DNA from: Trichodesmium erythraeum IMS101
GTDB taxonomy: Bacteria; Cyanobacteriota; Cyanobacteriia; Cyanobacteriales; Microcoleaceae
Direction: 5' to 3'
DNA: 32,000 nt
NCBI RefSeq assembly: GCF_000014265.1
Contig: NC_008312.1
Span: 7,290,001 to 7,322,000 of the forward strand
Part shown: one piece after another, positions 1-9,300 of the stretch
Layout of the letters: each line of letters starts with the position of its first letter
Numbering within the stretch: position 1 is the stretch's first letter
Notes under the pieces: model-generated
What the model was told of the DNA's origin: nothing
What the model saw: the letters and a program-made list of their open reading frames with translations, nothing else
Database searches by the model: none
Translations under genes and position numbers: made by a program

Positions 1-383
1 GGCTTTGAGCTATTTCAGGAGTTTCTAAGTTCTCTTCAGGCATTTGTGCTGCAGTAATTCCTACCCAGTTAAGCACTGTCCAACAGAGAAATACGAGTCA
101 CTCTCTCAATAGCTCGGAATCCCATGCTGTCAAGGGATATTTTGAAGCACAACTCTTTAATGTCATAATTATTAATAATACTTCATGATTTTAGTAACAT
201 TTTACTTTTTCTACTATTTCATACTGTTTGTACTAATAAAAACAATTTTGATGAAACTCTTGACTATTGCTATTTCATTTTGATTTAATAAATCAGGAAA
301 AGTTTAATTCCTAAGCACTTATTTCAATTGTGAAGTTAAGTGGGAAATTTTAAGGTTATATTTTTTTCAAAAAACAACAAATT

Positions 384-3300
384 TTGTTTTCAAGTAAAGT
401 TATGAATAAGCAACCGTCTCTAACTGTATGGGATAAAAGCATTACTTCCTTCTGCTCATACTCCTCAAAAGAAGTTAGTTATGCTGAGGCATTGATATCT
501 AATGCTCGTGAACTTGTAGTAATAGATAAGGGTGTTGATGACTATCAACAGTTACTTCATAGTATTAAACCTGGTATTTATGGGGTAGTTTTAAACCCAG
601 ATAGGGATGGTGTTCAACAAATTACTCAGGTTTTACGGAACTATCGAGGGGTTGAAACTCTACACATTTTGTCCCATGGTTCCCCTGGATGTTTATACTT
701 AGGAAATACTCAACTAAGCTTAGAAACTCTAGATAAATATGGTGAAGACCTACAAAAGTGGTTTATCGAAGTTCCCTCAGCAAATTTACTGATCTATGGT
801 TGTCAAGTAGCTGCAGAAAATACAGGAACAGAATTTCTGTCAAAAGTACAAAGTTTAACCAAAGCTAATATTGCTGCCTCTGCCAACTTGACAGGAAATG
901 CTATCTTGGGTGGTGACTGGGAACTAGAAATTACTTTGGGTCAAGGAGAATTTGTTCGCGCTTTTACATCAGAAAGTTTAGCAGATTATGCTTCAGTATT
1001 AGATACTGGTAACTTTTTAGTATCTGGACTTCCCCCATTCGCTCAAATATGGATCGATAAGAATAACCCTTTCCCTAATGTGTCACTTACGGAAACGGAA
1101 GATAAAATCACCGCATCCTACAATGGGACACTAGATATTACTACTCAGATAAACGAAATTCTCACGAGACTTAACTTAACCCCCATTACTCAACAGATTA
1201 GTGCTACAAATCCTACTTTAATCATTGAAGGAACGGCTCAGAATCCTACGGGTTATAAATTTTCAGGGGAATTTTCTCCCACAGAAGCTATAGAATTTCT
1301 GGGTGATACCTTGGGAGTTGAATTACCCAATAACATCCAAGAGCAGCTCAACAAAGTGGGTAAGGTTAATATACAGGCATCCAACCAAGGATTTGGGATT
1401 ACCTATCTAGATAATGTCGTCTTAGATGTCAACAACATAGTTGGTATGATTAGCGACAATGATTTCCTTAAAGATGCCGCTAATACAGTAACTGAAACAT
1501 TCTTAGGAGATGGTGACCCAGCTACTGAAGGGACTCAGCTAGTGCTGGCTCAACCGGGAATAGAATTTGAGAAGAAAAATAATACCAAAAAATTAAGCTT
1601 TGCTGGTGATTTTAACGGGGAAGTTTTTGACCTCAGTTTTGATGTGAGTGAGATTGGCTCCAAAGTGAGTGGCGCTCAGAAGAAAATTCCCAAACTGAGT
1701 GGATTTAAGTTCGGTTTGCCAGAGCTTGATGCCACGAAGATGACAAATGCCTTCAAGACTATTGCGGGAACAGAACTACCAGGATTTGCACAAGATTTGC
1801 TAACGACTTTGGGTGGTTTGGCAAACTTAAATATTGAATTGAATGATAATGGATTTGGTGTCACTTATGTAGGTGGACTCAATATTTCCAGTACTATTAA
1901 TAGCCTTCTTTCTACCTTAGGCTTGGGTGAGAATGTCTTGTCTGATTCCCTAAGTGTAACAAATCCTGGTTTACGAGTTACTAAAGACGATACAGGGAAG
2001 AAAATTTATGCAGCCTCCATTGGTGAATTTTCTCCCACAGAAGCTATAGAATTTCTGGGTGATACCTTGGGAGTTGAATTACCCAATAACATCCAAGAGC
2101 AGCTCAACAAAGTGGGTAAGGTTAATATACAGGCATCCAACCAAGGATTTGGGATTACCTATCTAGATAATGTCGTCTTAGATGTCAACAACATAGTTGG
2201 TATGATTAGCGACAATGATTTCCTTAAAGATGCCGCTAATACAGTAACTGAAACATTCTTAGGAGATGGTGACCCAGCTACTGAAGGGACTCAGCTAGTG
2301 CTGGCTCAACCGGGAATAGAATTTGAGAAGAAAAATAATACCAAAAAATTAAGCTTTGCTGGTGATTTTAACGGGGAAGTTTTTGACCTCAGTTTTGATG
2401 TCAGTGAGATTGGCTCCAAAGTGAGTGGCGCTCAGAAGAAAATTCCCAAACTGAGTGGATTTAAGTTCGGTTTGCCAGAGCTTGATGCCACGAAGATGAC
2501 AAATGCCTTCAAGACTATTGCGGGAACAGAACTACCAGGATTTGCACAAGATTTGCTAACGACTTTGGGTGGTTTGGCAAACTTAAATATTGAATTAAAT
2601 GATAATGGATTTGGTGTCACTTATGTAGGTGAACTCAATATTTCCAGTACTATTAATAGCCTTCTTTCTACGTTAGGCTTGGGTGAGAATGTTATGTCTC
2701 AATCTCTAACGGTCAGTCATCCCGGTTTACGATATGCCACAGATGAGACAGGGAATAGAAATTATGAACTATCTGTTAGCGAATTTTCTCCCAAACAACT
2801 GATTAATCTATTGGTCGGTTTACTGCCAAGTTCTGTTTCTTTACCCTCCAATATTCGTGATACGATCAACAGCATTGGGAATGCAAGTTTATCTTTATCA
2901 AGTCAAGGGATTTCTATTACCTATCTGGACAATGTTACCTTCGATTTGAATGGTTTAATTGGCGATAGTTTTAATTCTCTTAGTTTCGTTGAGGACGCAG
3001 TTAATAAGATTGCCGAGATAGTTTTGGGTGATGGGGACAAGAATAAACCTGGAACTCAGCTTGTTCTAGCAAAACCTGAGTTCGAGTTGACAACAGAGTC
3101 ATTAGGCATTGGTGGGTTGTTGAATGATAAGAACTTTGATATTGATTTTAAAGACGGACTTGAGTTTGAATATGAGTTTGGTCCTCTAAATTTGAATTCC
3201 ATCTTAGGGGATATTCCAGGTCTAGATGGATTCCAGTTAGATGAGACTAGTTTATCTTTCTCCGATGGGTTTAGCTTGGAAGGCAATGTCAATTTTGCAA

Positions 3301-6300
3301 ACAAGAACGATGACGTTTCTAAATTTATCAATGATTATTTAGGAGTAGATAATGTCGGTGTAGCACTAGAAATTGGCAAGGAAGATCTCTCTTTAGCAGG
3401 GATTTTAGCAGGGGATGTTCCCTTGATTTCTATAGGAGATTTTAAGGCCACACTGAAAGATGTTGCATTGGGATTAGAAATGAGTGCAACAAATCCTATT
3501 CCTAATTTCGGAATTGATGGCGGAATGACCTTAGAAGGCTATGATCCAGTTCAAAAGAACGAACCTCCATTAACACTTATTGGTGGATTGGAAATTGATC
3601 CCAAATCCCTCACTGGGCAATTTAATATTGATGCAGATGGAGTTTGGAAAAATCCCTTTGGTCTACCGGATAGTGAATTAAGGGAACTAGGCGTTCAAAT
3701 TGGGGCGACTTATATTCCACCATTTATTGACAATGTTGGATTTGTTGGAGACTTACAGTTTGGCAACTATGATTTTGACGCTGCTTTCTTAGTTGATATT
3801 ACAGATCCTCAGAAATTTGCTATAGAGTTAACTCTCAACGAGCCACTTGGCTTAGTTGATATGATAACAGGGCCAATAAATTCTTATCTGATAAACCAAT
3901 TGGATAATGTACCCATTCTTGACGAAGTGACAGGGTTGTTTAATAGCTTTAGTGATCTTGTTCCGATTTCAGTTGTTTCCATTGATGGTCCTGATGACGA
4001 TGAAGAACTCGATCCGTTGATTAAAATTGTCCCTGTTGAGACAGAAGTTCTTGAAAGGACTTTAGAACAGGGGATTGGATTTAATGCTGCAGTGAGGGTT
4101 GGGAGCAAGGAAGGAACCTTCAATTTTAACATGAATCCATTCTCGGGTAATCCAAGTTTAGAAGGTTCTCTGAAAATACCTGAGATTGATATCTTGGGAG
4201 TTGTTAAGATATCTGGCGTTCCCAATGGGAAAGATACTGACTTGAATTTAGACCTGAAAGTTAGTCCAAGTGAGGCATATTTCCGAGGTGATGGTCAGCT
4301 TGAATTTTTCGGAATTAACTTGGCTAAAGCTGATTTCGACTTTTCTACGTCTGGTATTAAAGTTAAGGAATTAAGCTTGCTAAATGGCACCCTCAAACTT
4401 TCGGATGTGGAAATTGGCAAACTAAACAATGTCGCCACAGCAAAGGGTGAGCTCGAATTCTTGGGTCAAAAATTAAAGGCTGAAATAACTCAAGATGGTC
4501 AGGGGTTTAAATTGACAACTGGTTTAGTACTGGATTTCCCGGATTGGACTTTTCTATCTGATACATATGCCAATCTGACAATTCGTTCAAACGGGACATT
4601 GGAAGGTTCACAGTTGGAACTTGATAGCCCACTGTTTAATTTTGAAGTATCACTAGGTGAGATAAAGAATGGAATTGGGGATTTAGTTAACTTTGCAATA
4701 AATGAAGTAAATAAGCTAGGGGAACAGGTAGCCGATTTTATTGCACAAGAATGGAATAATACTGTCGAATATGTGTCAGATACCTTCAAGTCACTAGGAA
4801 ACGCCTGGAATCAAGGCATTAGCCTAGTCAGCAATATTTTTGAGACTGGTGTTCGGCAGGTCGTGGATTGGGTCGACAAACAAGTACAAGACGGGTGGTT
4901 GCCTTGGCCTCTAGATCACATAGTAAAATGGGTTACTAAGACAGTCAGACAAGTGACTAATATAGAATACACAAAAAATGATCCCAATTTACCTCAGAAT
5001 GTATCGCTTGGTGACGGCAACCAAGAATATGATGGCCAGGGTGGAAATGATACTATTGATGGTGGCAACGGTAAGGATCATCTAATGGGAGGTGTCGGCA
5101 ACGACTCTCTTAAAGGCGGAAATGATGAAGACAAACTTGAAGGGGGTGCCGGCCACGACTACCTTCATGGCCAAAGGGATAACGACTTCCTCTATGGTAA
5201 TGATCATGATGACCGCCTATATGGTGAAGATGGAAACGATATGCTTGATGGTGGAAGTGGTAACGACCAACTTTATGGGGGTAACGGGCGAGATCAACTC
5301 AAAGGTGGAAGTGGTAACGACAAACTTTATGGTGAAGATAAAAGCGATGTCCTTGAAGGTGGAATGGGAAATGACGAACTTCATGGTGGTAATGATAATG
5401 ATGTACTCAAAGGTGAGTCTGGCAAAGATACCTTAAGGGGAGGAAGTGGGAGTGACAAGCTTGAAGGTGGTGAAGATCATGACCATCTCTATGGGGAATC
5501 GGATAGTGACAAGCTCGAAGGTGGTCAAGGTGATGACTATCTAAATGGGGGTGATGGAAACGATGAAATAGATGGAGGTAAGGGTAACGATTCTTTAGTA
5601 GGTGATCAGGGTGATGATATCCTCTATGGTAGAGAAGGTAACGACACCTTAAAAGGTGATTCTGGCAACGATCTTATTTTTGGTGGTGTCGGCAATGATA
5701 TTCTCTATGGCGGCACAGGGGACGATTATCTTGATGGTGGAGAAGGCAACGATACCATTTACCCAGGTAGCGGCAATGATACCATTAACGGTGGTGAAGG
5801 CAATGATCTCTTAGTCTTGTCCGGGGCTAAGAGTGATTATATTATTACTGATACCTCAACTGGTAAGGAGATTACGAACAAACGTGACAATAGCAAAAAA
5901 ATTGTCTTTGGAATAGAGAATATTTCATACGAACAAATACAGCAAGGCAATGCCTCCAACGGACCGTTAGCAAATGCGACAGTCTTTATTGATACTAACA
6001 GCAACTTCCAACTGGATAAGGGAGAAACTCAAACCAACACTGACAGCAATGGAGAATATAGTTTACCCTTTGACTTGGAAGAGTTAGATCGTAATGGAGA
6101 CGGAGAAGTTGACGCTCAAGAAGCTCAAGTCGTTGTTATTGGTGGTATTGATACCAACACCGGACTACCTGGGGAAATACCTTTAATTTCTCAGATAAGT
6201 GCCACAGGAGAATATACCAGCACTACTCCACTCACAACCCTCAAAGCAGTCTTATCCAGTCAGGGAATAAAGGAAAAACAAGTAGAAAGGCTACTCAACA

Positions 6301-9300
6301 AAATATCCGGATTTTCCCTAGAGTCTCTATCCCAACCATTAGAGAAATTCGATCCTTATAGTGCCATTGGAGAAGGGGACGATAGCGGAATAGAGATTAC
6401 CTCTGGTCACATCAAAATAATGAACCTGCTACTCAACGGCACCACCTTCCTAGAAGCAGCATATTATACAGAATCAGATGGTCAAATTCAGGTCATTAAT
6501 GCTCTAGGTAAGGTCTTAAAAACAGTCGAAAGTTTCGACTTGAGTAAAAAACAAGACCTACAGAAATTCTACAACCAATTAACCGAGGAATTAGATCTTT
6601 CAGTTAATAACAAAACCATCGCTGCCCTAAGTACCTTAGTCACTCAAAGCAATAACCTCATTGATAAGTTAGTAGAACAAGCATTATCAAGCTCGGTTGA
6701 CGATGTATTGCCAAGTATCAACCCAATCAAAAAACAGGTTTACAGCATCTTACCGGACTTAACCCAACAACTGGTCGAGGGTAAAATTACAGCGGGAGAA
6801 GCTCAAACCGAACTCAAGGAAATACTAAATGCCGACACCTTCTTAGTTGAACACGCTCTCAACGAAGACCGCATAGTGAAAGTCGTTGCTAGCGATACAG
6901 TCAAGGAAGGAAAAGACAAGAACGGGCAATTTATTATTACCCTGGGCGAAGCAGCTCCACCCCAAGGATTAAAAATCCTCTACACTATCTCCGGTACTGC
7001 CACTCTAGGACAAGATTATCAGAACAAAGATGGCTTGTTTGGAGAAATAAACTTTGAACCTGGAGAAACGGAAGCAGTTATAGACTTAAAGGTATTAGAC
7101 GATAAGATTTCTGAAAATTCAGAAAGCGTCACTATTAACCTGAAATATGTAGGGAATGGTTATGCATTAGACCCCATGGCGAAAACAGCATTTCTAGAAA
7201 TTACCGATAATGACAAAGGTAACAACAATGCCACCAAGAATGGCATTGAAGAAACCGGAAGTTTTGGCGATGATGAGATTGCTGGTCAAGAAAAGAATGA
7301 CAAACTCTTGGGTAGTTACGGTGACGATATGCTCAAGGGAAAGGGAGGAGACGATAAGCTCATGGGTGGTCAGGGCAAGGATACCATTCAAGGAGGAAAG
7401 GGTAACGACGAGATAGAAGGGAACTTTGGCGAGGATGTTTTAGAAGGCAACGCTGGCGATGATGTCATTGCTGGGGGTTCAGAAGACGACCTTATTAAAG
7501 GTGGTCCAGGTAACGACTTCCTGGATGGGAATACAGGAGACGACCAACTAGAAGGGAATAGTGGAAATGACCAACTAGAAGGTGGTAAGGGTAATGACAT
7601 TCTGAAAGGGAACCGAGACAACGACTGGTTAGTAGGTGAAGCGGGAGAGGATATCCTTAATGGCGGTCCTGGAGTTGACCTACTTAGAGGCGGTGAAGGT
7701 GCAGACGTCTTTTACTTCCAAAAACCCAGCGACAAAGGTGATCTGATTATAGATTTTGACCCCACTCAAGGGGATAAAATCCAAATATCCCGCAGTGGGT
7801 TTAAAACAAATTCCCTCGAAGACTTTAAGGTTGTTGTAGGTACTCTTGAATTTAAGGGAGAAGAAATTGCCCTAATTCAAAACAATGGAAAAACTTACAA
7901 TAACTTTGCCGAATTAGCAGATATCGTCGAACTCGTAGACGAACCTAAAGTCAAAACTACCCCAGAAAAGAGTAAGGCATCTATTGAAATTAAGCCTCAG
8001 GAAGCGAAATTAAACAGCGTGGCAAACCCCGAAACAACTATCCTGGATGACATTATCAAACGAGGTCAGATTAAAGTTGCAATTTCGGGTTCGGGAAATG
8101 AATTTGACCTAGAGTTTGCTGAGGTTATAGCTGCAGCTGTATTTGGGGATGCTAGCAAAGTTAAGTCTATTACCAGTAAATTCTCTAAATCTTTTGAACT
8201 GGTAGCAGACGGCAAGGCGGACTTGGCAGCGCAACGTATTACTGCAACATTGGGACGGGATGGAGAATTAAATGTGGATTTTGCACCGACCTACTTGTTT
8301 GACTATCAAACTGTTATCGTTCCTAATGACAGCGATATTACAAATGTTTCACACCTTAACGAGCAAACAATAGGAGTGATAGAAGGTACAACGGCATTAA
8401 TCAATTTACAAAATCAACTAGAGGTTGAGGGCATCAAGTTTACACCTAAACTATTTGAAACTGCAGAGGAAATGATAGCAGCTTATGATGCCGGTGAAGT
8501 AGATGCCTATTCTCACGATCGCTCCTTAATATTAGAGAACTTAGACCAACTATCCCAGCCAGAAAATCACCGTCTATTAGATGTAGAACTATCTAAAGAA
8601 CCTATTTCTCTAGCTTTACCAGAAAATGACTCCCAGTGGGCAGATGTAGTCCGGTGGGCAGGTTATGTTCCCATTCAAGCAGAAGAGTTTGGCATCAGCT
8701 CACAAAATATCGCTGAATTTATTGCCCTGAATACAGATGATAATCCCACTAATGACTCTAGTTTAGGAATTCGTCGGTTCCTGGGTATAGAAGGAAATTT
8801 GGGTGAAACCCTGGGACTGCCTAATGATTTTGCAGTTAATATCATTAATCAAGTAGGTAACTACAGCGAAATTTACGATCGCCACTTTTCGGGAATAGAA
8901 GGTGATCGCAATTCACTATGGAGTGATGGTGGTTTTCTCTATTCTCCTCCATTCTCTGGCAGCGAGATTGATATCGTTATTAAAGACAATGATGATCGCG
9001 ACTTGCTAGCAAAAATCAAGGAGCGTGGAGTCTTAAAACTAGGACTTCCAGACAATGAGCCAGGTTTTGCGGTAAAAATGAGCAATGGAGAGTATGAGGG
9101 CTTTGATGTTGACTTAGGTAAAGCCATTGCGGCTGCTATATTTGGAGATCCTGAAAAGCTAGAAGTCAAGACTCAGTCATTTAAAGACAGCTTTGCTAAC
9201 ACTGCCAATGGTGTTGTCGATATCTCAGCAATGGGTATCACCCATAACCTAGTCCGGGATGCTAGTTTGGGCATTGACTTTGGTCCAATTTATCTCTATA

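Noticed and set aside
1-43. Possible minus-strand gene start (ATG at 43-41, MPEENLETPEIAQS...) running off the left edge.
   Set aside because: Only 14 codons are visible, which is too little to call.
260-289. TTGACT-N17-ATTTAA promoter-like match about 100 nt upstream of the giant gene.
   Set aside because: Such -10-like hexamers are abundant by chance in this very AT-rich leader. Without TSS data I cannot distinguish it from background.
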